DNA of 64,000 bases, taken from NCBI GenBank assembly GCA_973895155.1, contig OZ316899.1, positions 13,581,934 through 13,645,933 of the forward strand. Reading direction: 5' to 3'. This document shows positions 52,122 through 64,000 of the stretch, one piece after another. How positions within the stretch are numbered: position 1 is the stretch's first letter; each line of letters begins with the position of its first letter. The position numbers were made by a program, and so were the translations under genes. The notes under the pieces are model-generated. The model was not told the origin of the DNA. It searched no databases and saw only the letters and a program-made list of their open reading frames with translations. This DNA is from Marsupella aquatica (taxonomy: Eukaryota > Plantae > Marchantiophyta).

Positions 52122-55100
52122 CTCCAGCTCAGCCGTGCCCGTGCCCGCACCAGCACCAGCTCAGGCTCAGGCTCCGCCTCAGCCTAGCCAAACCCCGCCA
52201 CCAGTCACCCCACCCATACAGGTGAGATCCGTCGTCAACGCCGTAGATCTCAACGATGACAAAGAGGCTATGTTACCCTTGTTCAGGTGGCCCAGAGGAG
52301 CAAACACTCAGGGAGCCGGGACTACATCGCCCCCTCCCCAGGCCCGGACCCAAGTAGGGGCTCCAGCAGACAACACGGTGACTGTAGCCGCCCTGGCCCC
52401 AATACTAACGGTGGTGGCACTACCTATACCCGATCGAGAAGATGGGGAGGTGTCACCCTCCCCGAGCGAGTCTTGGGGAAAGAAGAGGAAGGAACCCGCA
52501 GCTGTATCCGGGTTACCCATGGCCATGGTAGCCGCGGCCAAGGTGACAATGCATCGCATGGGGGAGAACGTGCATAAGAACATCCTCCACCCCAAACATG
52601 CGGTGTACTTGAAAACTCAAGGGTTTGTGCACCTTGCCTCTCTCCCCTAGAACACCTGTAGGTACTACGGGGAGGACATGACAGAATTTGTCAAGAATTA
52701 TGACAACGTCTGTCAACATACTCGGCTGCGGGGGAGGAATATGTCCCTCACAGAGGAGCGGCTCAGGATGATCTTCGGGCTACCCGAGGGAGATCACCGA
52801 GTCAAATCACGGGCTCCCGGGGACAAAGGAGCCAAGTACCAATCCTTGAGTTTTCCCTCCGAGGGGTCAATGGACAACGGGTTCATGATGAGGACCTGCC
52901 TCATCCCCGAGATAGTCGAGCGACTGGAGTTCTAGAGGTACGCCCTCCACATGATGGAACCCCGGGGTGAGATCTCCGCTGCCCAGGTTATCCAGGTCGA
53001 GAACTATCGACCTAGGAAGTGGGCGTCGTACTTCGCTAAGAAGTTCCATGAAGAGATGGAGCGGCAAAGGAAGGCGCTATACATCGGCGGGAAGGCGTAT
53101 TTTGCAAGCCACATTGAGATCATTCTTGAGTGGTACGCCCAGTTTGATCGACGAACCCTTCCTCAGGTCAACGTAACTAAGTTGGTCCCAGCTAGGTGGG
53201 TCTTCCCGGCCCTGGATAGACGGCCCCAACCCGAGGCCCAAAGTCTGGCGGCCACGCAGGCCTCACCCACCCCACCTCCACAAGTAGTCGTAGTCGTGGA
53301 AAAAGTGGTACGAGACAAGGTAGTAATCGTGACCTTAGATGTGATCAACCAGGTCGGGCCGAGCGCAGAAGTCGAAGCGGTAGAAGACTTGGCTGAGCTT
53401 GAGGGTCCAAAAAAACCACCAATGGCTATTCCGGAGGAAAGAATGATGATGGAGGAGGACACTCCAGCACCTTCCAACACTACATCCCCAGGGCTGGATG
53501 TCACTACCCCGGCCCCCGCGCGAGTTGACGTCTGCCCGTGCCCAAATCCGGACAGGCACAACCTGGACCACCCGGAACTCTTTGTACCGGGTACATTTCT
53601 GAACGGGCTTTTGGGAGATTTCTCTCAACAGATTACCCGGGATACCGGGGAGTTCATGGCCCGGAAGGTAGCCTACTTCTTCAATCAGGAGTTGGTTACC
53701 GCAGTAAAGGCAGGTCGGGCCCAGTCGGAGGCCCTTCAGAGGATAGAGCAGTACCGGGTTGAGTCCGTGTTCCTAAAGGACAAAGTTGCGGCTCAAGAGG
53801 CTGAGCTTCTGCAACTATGACCCAAGGTTGCAGCCGCCGATGAGTTGTTAGCAAATGCGCACGCCCTTACCGCCCTAGCCAAACAGGCCAAAGCTGGGAA
53901 GGAGGCTGAGATTGCACGGCTACGGACCCAGGTTGACAGTTTGAAGAACCAAACTGTCATCTGGCAAAAAGACCTGGAGGTGGCCGAAGAGCGGGCCCAA
54001 CGTGACACTGCGGAGATAGCCGCCCTACAAGCCGAAGTAGCGCGGCTTCAAACCAAAGCCGAGAAGCAGAACCAGATGGTAGGCAAGTTGACGAGCGACA
54101 CCCAGCAGCTGGAAGAGGCATGCCAGGAGGCAGTGGAGGAGATGGACACGGCGAGGCCAGAGAACGAATCTCTGTTGGACCAAGTCCAGCTCCTCAAGAT
54201 GGACAACGTAGGCAGCAGGATGGCCGCTCCCACTCGGACGGCTCTGGCAAGCGCACCAGGCATTAGCAGGAGGGTTAGGCTTAGAATAGAACTAGGAGTA
54301 GCTAAAACAAGCTGTTAGGACAAGTGTCGGCCAGAAGATAGCGGCGCTGACACATTAGCCAGCTTGTATAGAATAGGTTAGACTAATAGGACAAGTTGTA
54401 ACCAGCTTAGCAAGGATATAAGTTAGCATAGATTTGGGCACGAGGCCAGGCTGGTCCTCAGCCCTTAGTATTTAGCAGCCCTCCGATAGAGGCAAGTGGG
54501 GGATTTTAGACTCAGAAGTTGGCCATTCGCGGTACGCGTGAGGAGTCCCAAACTCGGTGAAGTACCGGAGCGCCAAGGGGAGGGTATACGACTAAGCTTG
54601 TTGGGCAAGTGCGGAGCCGGGCTTTGTTGTAGTGTATACTCCTCGGCCTTGGGCCCGTGCGTTCACGAGGTGTCGGGTCAACCAATCGTAAGTGTATGAT
54701 CATAAATGAATGAAATCCTTTTCCCCTCAATTCCTTTGTGTAAATCGAGATTTATGTTAATGTGTAAATGCATGTATGAGTCTTGTGTGCAAGTATCAAT
54801 GCCGGGCCGAACACGTTGTCACGAGGACTTAAAGTTAGGGGCTCCTCGGGCAAACTATGCGTTTCTGGTTGCAATCGGGATAGGTGACAAGCACGTTTCG
54901 GAGCGAACTCTCACTCCTTTATATTTTTTTACTTTTCTCACAAAGGTTACAATAGGTGCCCTCGAGTAAGCTTGCCCGCAAGAGTCTGGTAGCTGGCCCT
55001 ACGGCGGGCTGCTACCTCTAACTTGTCGGGTAGAACTCCTCGAGTGACTAGCTACTCAAAATCTGACGGAAAAACTATCCTCCTTAGCTCACAAAACCAA

Positions 55101-55965
55101 AAACTTGACTAGCTACTCCACTAGTCTAAAACAGCTTGCACGGAACTTGGGCCTAGACCAACGAGGCTCCAAACTCAAGAAATCCCCGCCTGGATCAACG
55201 AGACTCCAGACTCGAGAAATTCCCCGCCTGGATCGAAAACTCCCCACCTGGATCGAAAACTCACTCGGAACTCAAAAACCGCCACACAACAGTCAAGTTC
55301 CACAAAATGGAGTGGAACTCACAGAATGCAACTCAACAGACCTCAATAGACAACCGCCAACCTCAATGAGCCGAGGCTCAAGTCTTAAGTAGCATCGGAA
55401 ACCCAACCATCCAGCCTGAGCCAGCTGCCAGCAGCGAGGCTCATCCAAACACCAAGCCTGGTGACTCACCCAAACACCAAACCTGGTGACGACGAGTCAC
55501 CCAATCGCCAAACCTCAATCCATCCAACCAAGCAGCCCCTCCAAGTCAGCATGTACGCAACCCAACCGGGAGGCCTTGCCCATCATCCCCTATAAAAGCC
55601 ATTCTTGAGCCGAAATCTTTCGGCACGACAACGTTATGCCAAGCATGCACGGGGTGCAGGGTACGGATATGGGGTTGTGAGCCGGGGTTGAGCACTTGTA
55701 CTAATGGATCCGGATCGAAGGCGGTAACACGAAGGCTTAGAAGTTTGTAAGTCGGGGTTGACCCCGTGTCGACTAAGGTACGTTCCGGCGGTGGAACACA
55801 AACTATACCTAGGAAGTGTCTGTATATAACAGTAAGCGCACTTAGCGCAATTTACATGAGTTAGGAGCATTCCGTGCATCCCTCCCTGCCCGAACCCTCA
55901 TATTTACAAAGGATGTGCCTGTCTAAGCCAAAGCCCGGGTTAAGGTCTAGGCTGACAACGTGACA
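52122..55965 (+). mobile_element. Family X copy 2 (accessory ORF and LTR ending GTGACA)
   Basis: Homologous to the reverse complement of 14025-17020; its 5' part lies inverted at 50173-51002. Confidence 0.75.
54817..55630. repeat. Solo LTR-like insertion, TGTC...GACA, with 4-bp TSD ACGT
   Basis: ACGT at 54813-54816 and 55631-55634; absent from the homologous site near 14350. Confidence 0.7.
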
Positions 55966-55969
55966 ATCA

Positions 55970-56190
55970 GGTTCATTGCCTCATACAATTAATGCGCGAG
56001 GTAGCAATTGTAGGCCCGATACATTGTCAATGGATGTATTGGGTAGAGCGTTACATGGGGGTGATGAAGTCATATGTCTCTAATTGGGCTAGGGTGGAAG
56101 GTAGCATTGCAAAGCGTCATCTTGGAGCAGAGAGTATGTTTTATTGTAAAAGCATAGTTGCCACACTAGATCTAAGGGCTCCCAGGGGAT
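55970..56190 (+). pseudogene. CACTA/En-Spm transposase fragment (DUF4218-like)
   Basis: GPIHCQWMYWVERYMGVMKSYVSNWARVEGSIA. Confidence 0.75.
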
Positions 56191-56199
56191 GGATAGATG

Positions 56200-59100
56200 T
56201 GTTAGGTATTTACTCAAGGTCTAGGGTTACGACATGTAACCATAGTTAGGCTAACTGTAGTCGGAGACATGGTTAGGTTTACTAGGATGCACACTATATG
56301 TCAAACGGTGTTTGATTGGATAAGTGGAACTTAGGCTCATTGTTATGGAGCCACTTGAGAGATGAGGAGAGCTTACATTGTGGAGACTTGGTATGGCCGA
56401 CGGGCTTAGAGTTCAATAAAGCTCTCTTGTGTGTTCCTGTGGATGTACCCTCAAGGAGGTGAACCACGTATCTCTTGTGTTGACTACTTGCACGTTGGAT
56501 GTGTCATGTGCTTACCGTTGCGATTGTCGTCTATGCTCAACAATTGGTCACAAAAGCGTCCCGAGCAGCGCATGAATGGCAAGGACAAAGTAAATCTAGG
56601 ACAAGATTTGCTTCAAGGGGAAAGTCTCAAGAGAGAAAGGAGAGCAAACAATGCGTGGATTCTTGATTGTGCTTGCTCCTTTCACATTTGTTACATTCGT
56701 GAGTATTTCAATTCTTATTTTGTGTCAAACGATTCAATTTTGATGGGAAATGATCACTCCTGTCGAGTTGAGGGTATTAGATCTATAAAGATTCAAATGT
56801 TTGATGGCATTGTGCGCATAGTGTCCGGAGTCAGATTTGTACCTGGCTTGCGTAAGAATTTGATTTCACTCGGTGTGTTGGATACAAATGGTCATCAATG
56901 GCCAGTAATTGATGGGGGGACTTCAAGTCATGTCGAGAGAGACAATGATTTTGAAGGGGAGCAGATAGAAGAATTTGTATGTGCTGCAGGGCAATACAGT
57001 ATGTGGAGAGGCCAATGTAAACAAGTCTCATGAGGAAATGACTCAACTGTGGCATTCACGGCTAGGCCACATGACTGAGAAAGGATTGGCTATCTTGTGG
57101 AAGAATGGGCTCATTTCTAATTTGTAGTCTTGTAAATTGGATTTTTGTGAGCATTGCATTTTTGGAAAGCAGCATTGTCGTGCTTTTGGTGTTGGAACTC
57201 ATTATTCCAAAGTGGTTCTTGAGTACATACATAGTAACATGTGGGGACCATCCCCGACTCCCTCACATTCTGGAAAATTGTTCTATGTATCTTTTATTGA
57301 CGATTACTCAAGATTTATATGGATTTATTTCATGACACATAAGTCTGATGTCTTGTCCATTTTTCCTTGGAATTGATTTTTTATAAGAAGTTTTAGCCCG
57401 CGAAAAACCCCACGGGCAGGGCAAACAAGCCACACGGCAAAACAAGACAACCCCCCCTGGGGGGGGGGAAACAAGGGGTACAAAAGAAGTCGTCACCAGA
57501 CAACCCAAAACCAGCAAGTCAAGAGAGAATAGCAGTAGCAAATGAGAAGAGGGGGTCCCATGTCAGGACCACAGCTAAGACCTAATCCCGCATTCTAATC
57601 CCATTGTGGGCACAGGGTCATCCACCAGTGGAAATACAACCCCTGCCATCACTAAGCCAGAGCCTACGCAAACTGTCAATCCTATCTTTTGCCCGACACA
57701 ACCGGGTGTTCTTTCTACCAGGGGGTGAGCATCTGCTCACAGCATTCAAGCACTCAGCAGCTTCAGAAAGCACTAGGCCCATATCAAATGTACGTCTACC
57801 ACCTGCTTTGAACATATGGGAGTTCCTGCCTAGCCACAACCTCCATAAAATCTGTTGCAAGACAAATAGTTTGACAATCTGCTCAGGGTCCCTCCCGTAA
57901 GCAGAGTCCAACAAAGTCAGCAGCCCCTGGCCGATTGGTAAGCCCAGCTCACGTAAGAAGCAGTGGCAGAGTCTCCAGCACCTCACAGCAAATGCACACA
58001 CAAAGAACATGTGGGGGATGGTCTCCAAGGTACCGCTACACACCTTGCAATCACCATTGCTCACACCAATTCTAAGTGCCCTAGCACCCGTGAATAGACC
58101 CCCAACAATAATTCTCCAGATGAATGTCTTGCCCCTGGTTGGCAGATCAGAGCCCCACAATCTAGACCACCCCAAGTTCCATCTCAATTCAGGTCGAGAA
58201 ATGGACCAGATCCAATTAAGACGACCGTGATTTGCGCTTTTGGGCCGCAGGAATTCATAAACACGACAGTTATCCACCCTGAAATCCTTCAACTTCTCTG
58301 TTTTGTCAGCCCACCGCCACTGTTTGGCATAAAGGTAAAAGTCAGTCCTACATTCATTGGTGTTCCACAGGTATTCTAGGAATGAGTGTGCAAGTGCTCG
58401 GTGCTCAGAAGTGAAACCCCGCAAGCTGTGCCATCTCATTGGGAGTTCCTTCCAGGCTCTATCCTCCAAAGACCATCCGTCCCCAATAGATCTCATTCCT
58501 AGTCTACCACAAATGGTGGCAACCCCAACAATGGCCTCATTCAAAAGGGAGTGAAATCCTGCAAGGCAATGTAAGGTGTCATAGATGCTCCATCGCGCCG
58601 GAACCCCAAGCCTGCCAGGTTCAAAAGACAGGTGTGCTCTGAGCATCGTCCAACTCCTCCATAGTCCACTCGTATATGGAAGGCCACTATATGACCTCGG
58701 TGTACACAGTAATAACTTGCCTTGAAAGGAATATTGGTTTCGTCTGATCACTTTGTAGTTCATCCAACCCATCAGAGCCAGATTTGCAGCAAGCATTATA
58801 GACCATTCTAGGTTCGGGGAGTTAAGTGCTTTAGCGAACCATTGGGAGAGCAGTGCATCTGAGTGACTTCTGAAGTCTTTAAATCCCAGACCCCCCTCCA
58901 CCCTAGGAAGTGCCAGCCGTTCCCAGGCCACCAGGGGGATCTTCCTTCCCCCTGTGGTATTGTATCCCCATAAGAAATCTCGACTAAGAGCAATCAACTT
59001 CTTTGCCAGACTAGCAGAGGCTTTACAGTACATCACATGATATATAGGAATTGCTTGCAAAATATGCTTAAACAAAAGGGTTCTACCTGTGAATGACAAG

Positions 59101-62100
59101 AGCTTGTTTACCCAAGTAGAAAGACGAGAGCTGATCTTGTCTAAACAGAATTTATGCAGCTATTCTGTCTGCAGCCCCACCCCAATTGGTGCGCCCAAGT
59201 ACTTCTGAACCTCACCTTTCTGGCTGATAATACATCCAGTGTTAGTTAGCCATCTTGGTATTTCCTCCAAGGCCAATGGGATAACCACTGATTTCTCAAG
59301 ATTCAGTTTGGCGCCGCTGGCAGTCTTGTAACATTCAAGTGCCAACTTTGTATCCTCAAAGTCCTTCTTTGTAGCTGGGATGAACATGCCAACATCATCT
59401 GCAAATAGTCTGTAGCAAATCATGAGGTCCTCCGTGATCCGCAGTCCTCTGAGTCGCCCTTCCTCAATCTCAGCATCAAGGAAGTCCATAAGCGGCTGTG
59501 TGGAGAGTACAAATAAAAGTGGTGAGAGCGGGCATCCTTGTCGCACCCCATGCTTCAGGTGTACCTTTTCCGAGAGGAATCCGTTAACCAGTGCCCTAGA
59601 GGTAGCTTGCGCCAACAACGCTCTCACTAGCATGATAAAGCGCCCACTGATCCCGAGCAGGTGCATGCACTCCCAGATGTAGTCATGGCAGACCCTGTCA
59701 AAAGCCTATTCAAGATCAAGCTTTAGAAACAATGCTTCACTCTTTCTGTTTTGCACCCAATCACATGTTAACATTGCAAGAGAAATATTCTCAAGGATGT
59801 GCCGTCCTGGAATGAAGCCCGTCTGTTGAGGACTGATAATCTTATGAAGGAGAGGTTTCAGGCGTAAGGCAAGGATCTTGGCAATGATTTTATACATTGT
59901 GTTTAACATTGTCAATGGTCTCCAATCTTTTAGGTAACGTTTATCTGGTTCTTTGGTATGAATTTGATAATCCCCTCACAGATCCCACCATCGAGGACGC
60001 CTGAAAGCCAAAATTCCTGTATCACATCAACCAGATCTCTACCCATGAATCCCCAACAGGCCCTGTACACCTCCGCAGTAAGGCCGTCTGGTCCGGGGGA
60101 TTTGTCACTAGGCATAAGCCACAGTACATCCTTCACCTCCTGGAAGGAAGGAAGTTCCTCCATCTTCAATATCTCAGGAGCAGATAATGCAAATCTAGTA
60201 TTCCGTAATAAGCGTGTTCTAGCTCTCCCTTGCTCCCCCACTTCACTCGGTGTTAGATCCGGAGGTGAATACAGGTTCGTGCATAATGCCTCAACCTCAC
60301 CAAGGATCTCACGCGGGTCATCAATCACTCGCCCGTCATCACCAATCAAGGATGTCATAGCTTCTCTGGATCTCTTCGCTCTCACAGTCGCAAAAAAGAA
60401 TTTAGTTGATTCCTCCCCCTCCCCCAACCACTTAACCCTCGCAAGTCTACGCCCCCTGTGGGCTTCCTCAATCTCAGTCAGATGCAGGGAGTCCTCCACC
60501 TCCAAGAACTCTGTGATTTCCGAGGTTGAATGTGCCTCCAGAATGGACAGCTTAAGAGCCCGCATCCTTGCTCTCAAAAAGGCAAGCTCCATCTCAGCTG
60601 ATCGAGGTCTGGCTTGAAGCTGCCTGTAGGTGTTCCGCAGTTGGGCACACCCCTTCGCAAATCAAAGGTGCGGGTCCGTAAAGTTCTCTCTTCCTTTCGT
60701 CCAAGCTTCTTCCAGCAATATCAGATCCTCATTACTCCTCAGTACAACCGGATTAGCCATAAAAAGTTTCGTATTCCCTCTCTCCCCCTTCTCTCTAGGT
60801 CCTGCGAGCCTCACATGCATTAGCACCGGATCATGATCTGATAGCGCAGAGCCACCCTCATGTATGAGCTCAACAAGTTCACCTATCCACCATCCTTTCT
60901 CACTTATATAAAAACGGTCCAGCCTTGACTGCACCAATTCCCCGCTCCTAAACCTTCTCCATGTGAAATGAGGGCCAGTAGCAGCACCTTTGATGTCCCA
61001 GGCGTCCACCATGTCCAGCCGCATTTTAAGAAATCGCCAGAACTCCGCCTCTCGTCCTCGTATTAGTGACGAATTACCTGTAGAGTCCGACCTGCACTCT
61101 GTCATGTTGAAGTCCCCGCAAACTATCAAGTCATTTTGTGGGAGCATCGTCTTGAGGTCATTCTAGAGCAATGCTCTTAGTCTAGAAGAGTTGGGGGCAT
61201 AAACACATGCAATACCAATCTTCCCAGCATCTGTACCCACACAGCGCGCCCTAAGTCAAGGGTTCCCGATCCAACCACCTTGAGCTCCGGGTGGACCAAA
61301 AGAGCAGTTCCCCCTCGGCCCTCATCTGGCGCAGAAGAGAAGTGTTGGTAGTCAGGCAGTATTGCCCTCAACGCCATGTCTAAGCGAAACTGGTCAGTTT
61401 TAACCTCCTGTAATGCAAGAATATTCAATGGTGTCCTCAATGATTTCACCCAGTTCTTGACCACATGCTTGCGGTTTGGCTCGCAAAGGCCACAAACATT
61501 CCACGATGCCAGCCTAAAAAGATCTGCCATCACCTGCTTATACAGTGGATTTGCATAGCAGGACGCCCAGCCCCCAGTAATGGAGCTCTTAGAGCCGGTT
61601 GCGTCCTGGGGACAGACCAGTCGTTGGTCCACTCATGTATCCAGTGGGCGAGTCATGTCTAGGAGAGTCATTCCCAGCCGTACTTAAGCAGATTTGTGCA
61701 AGCACTGGGCCAGCAGTCCCCCTCAAGTCCGCCCGCGGGGGTTCCACACCATCCTTGGACCTTCGTGACCGATTCTCTCCTGCATCAGACAAGAATCCTT
61801 GTGAGAAACTGAGTGCTCTTTGCTTCTTAGCCTCACCTTTGAGTTTCTCAGATCTATCAGTTGGGGGGGTGCGCAGCTCCTGTTTGCGTGCTTGGGCCTT
61901 GAACTTGCTGTGAGCAATGTATTCTTCATACTCTGACATCTCTGCATCAAAACCCTCATGGAATGAGAATCTCTCATCCTCACCCGATGTCTTGTCCATT
62001 TTTACAAAGTGGAAGGCCCAAGTGGAGAATCAGACGGGAAACACAGTTAAGTGTTTGGATACCAGGGTGAAGAGTCTGAGGTCAGACAATGGCGGGGAGT

Positions 62101-64000
62101 ACACTTCAATAGAATTTAAATAGTACTGTGCAGAATAGGGGATAACTCGCCATCTCACCATAGTTTATACTCCACAACAGAATGGTCTTGTTGAGAGGCT
62201 CAATCGAACACTATTGGAGCAGTCAGGAGTATGCTGAGCCAATCAGATAATTTACCACAAGAATTTTGGGCAGAAGCTGTCAATATTGTAACTTATTTAG
62301 TAAATATTTCTCCTTCTAGTGCAATCAATTTCAAAACGTCATTTGAAATGCGTTATAAGCGGCAAACAAACTATCATGGCTTGGTAGTTTTTGGAAGTGA
62401 TGCATATGCTCTCACACCAAAGAAAAATAGGACCAAGTTGGATCCTACGTCCAGGAAATGTATTTTTCCTGGGTATCAAAGTGGTGTGAAGGCCTATAGG
62501 CTATGGGATCCTATTGCCTGTAAGCTTGTTGTCAGTAGGGATGTTTCCTTCAATGAATCTAGATTATTGAAGGAGGGGGAGAATACTCAGGTCTTCCGTA
62601 CTGACAAAAGAAAATCTCATATCCCGGATCTCGTTGAGGGGGAGATTGATCATGAAGTGCATGATCGGAGAGAAGGAGGTGCTCCAAGTATGGAGCTGGT
62701 TCCTGTGCCAGAGGAACAAGAGGAGTTTGTTGATGTTGGTGAGCAGAAAGTGGATGCTGCTAAGTGTCAAATTGTACCAATAGACGCAATTCAACGGGAG
62801 TCATCGGCTAGAAGAATATCTGGTCACACTGTACGCGCTCCTCCTAGGTATGGATAGTGGGTTGATTCATCTCAACTGCAAGAGGATGATTTTGCAATTG
62901 ATGATGAGGGTGATGCATTAATTTTGGAAGAAGGGGAACCTTCTTCATTTGATGAGGCAAGTGCTTCAAAGGAGAAGCACAAATGGACTGCAGCAATGCA
63001 AACGGAGATGTAGTCACTGAAGGACAACAAAAATTGGGAGCTTGTTAAGCTGCCTAAGGGTCAGCAAGTGGTGGACAACAAGTGGATATACAAGCTGAAT
63101 GATCAATCTACGGGAGGTGGATCAAAGGTCTACAAGGCTAGGTTGGTAGCGAAGAGATTCACAGAAGAAAAATGTGTGGATTACAATGAGTTCTTCTCAC
63201 CAGTTGCTAAGTACTCAACAATATCGCTATTGTGTGTGCTTGTTGTAATATTTGGTTTGCTGCTAGATCAGATGGATGTTGTCACAACTTTCCTCTATGG
63301 CACCTTGGAACTTCGTGAGATAGCCGCTAGGTTTTGTGAAGAGAGGACAGGATGAACTGGTTTGCAGATTGCTGAAATCCTTGTATGGGTTGAAGCAGTC
63401 ACCAAGATAATGGAACAAGCGGTTTGACGATTGGATTCGCTCACAAGGTTTTCACAAGAGTATGTTTGACCCTTGTGTATATTTGAAACCGGTGAAGAAT
63501 GTTGTCTTTGGATTCATTGTTTTAGTACTTTATGTGGATGACATGCTTATTGCGGCCAAGGATAGGTCTGAGATTGTTAAGCTTAAGGCACTGCCCAGTG
63601 TAGAGTTTAAGATGAAAGACTTAGGGCTAGCTAAGAGGATTTTGGGTATGGAGATCACTAGGGACTTGGAGGCTGGTAAGCTATGGTTGACACATAGCAG
63701 TTATGCGAGGAAGGTAATTGCTAGGTTCAACATGAGGATAGTAAGCCAGTAAGTACCCCTTTGGCTGCACACTTCAAATTGTCATCAGTTTTTTGTCTCA
63801 CAGATGCGACAGAGAAGGGGCTGATGTCAAAGGTTCCTTACGATAAGGCAGTGGGAAGTCTCATGTATTTGATGACTTGCACTAGACCTGATCTTGCCAT
63901 GGCTATGGGCAAGGTGAGCATGTACATGTCGAATCCAGGGAAGGTACACTGGAAAGCAATGAAGTGGATTATCAGGTACTTGAAGGGTACCATGGATCAT
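56200..64000 (+). mobile_element. Ty1/Copia element (Tnt1/Tork-like), gag largely deleted, interrupted by a LINE, runs off the right edge
   Basis: LTR 56200-56542 (TGTT...AACA); degenerate PBS TGGTCACAAAAGC; WILDCACSFH; WHSRLGH; RSDNGGEY; YVDDML. Confidence 0.88.
57365..61985 (-). mobile_element. L1-like LINE: ORF1 end and full but decayed ORF2 (APE-RT-zf)
   Basis: SWNVCGL, LQEVK, GDFN, SRLDRFY, SDHDPV, GVRQGCPLSP, LFADD; 18-bp TSD GATGTCTTGTCCATTTTT at 57347-57364 and 61986-62003. Confidence 0.93.

Noticed and set aside
47005-55965. Recent segmental inverted duplication of 14025-22386
   Set aside because: The copies are clearly diverged and their junction sequences differ, which fits independent family members better

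Overview
Eukaryotic, gene-poor nest of transposable elements, probably from a non-seed land plant (inferred from the TE types; not established). I found no intact host gene. The window holds two Ty1/Copia remnants, three L1-like LINE copies, several nested Athila/Tat-like Ty3/Gypsy pieces with coiled-coil accessory ORFs, and DNA-transposon debris (Ulp1, Cys-rich transposase-like, CACTA). The central object is a young Ty3/Gypsy element at 24586-34302 (minus strand), with a degenerate relative at about 42817-46965. It encodes Gag-protease-C5 DNA methyltransferase (DNMT3-like). An in-frame TAG-CAA-YCA stop, a TMV-type readthrough context present in both copies, separates this from RT-RNaseH-integrase-PHD finger. 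Its ends are not two ordinary LTRs: they form A...B-A-B split direct repeats around a palindromic GACA-GC-TGTC junction. Its leader carries an antisense 5S-rRNA-derived Pol III promoter upstream of a CRISPR-like array of seven 25-bp palindromes. All comparisons were made by eye, and no database searches were run.
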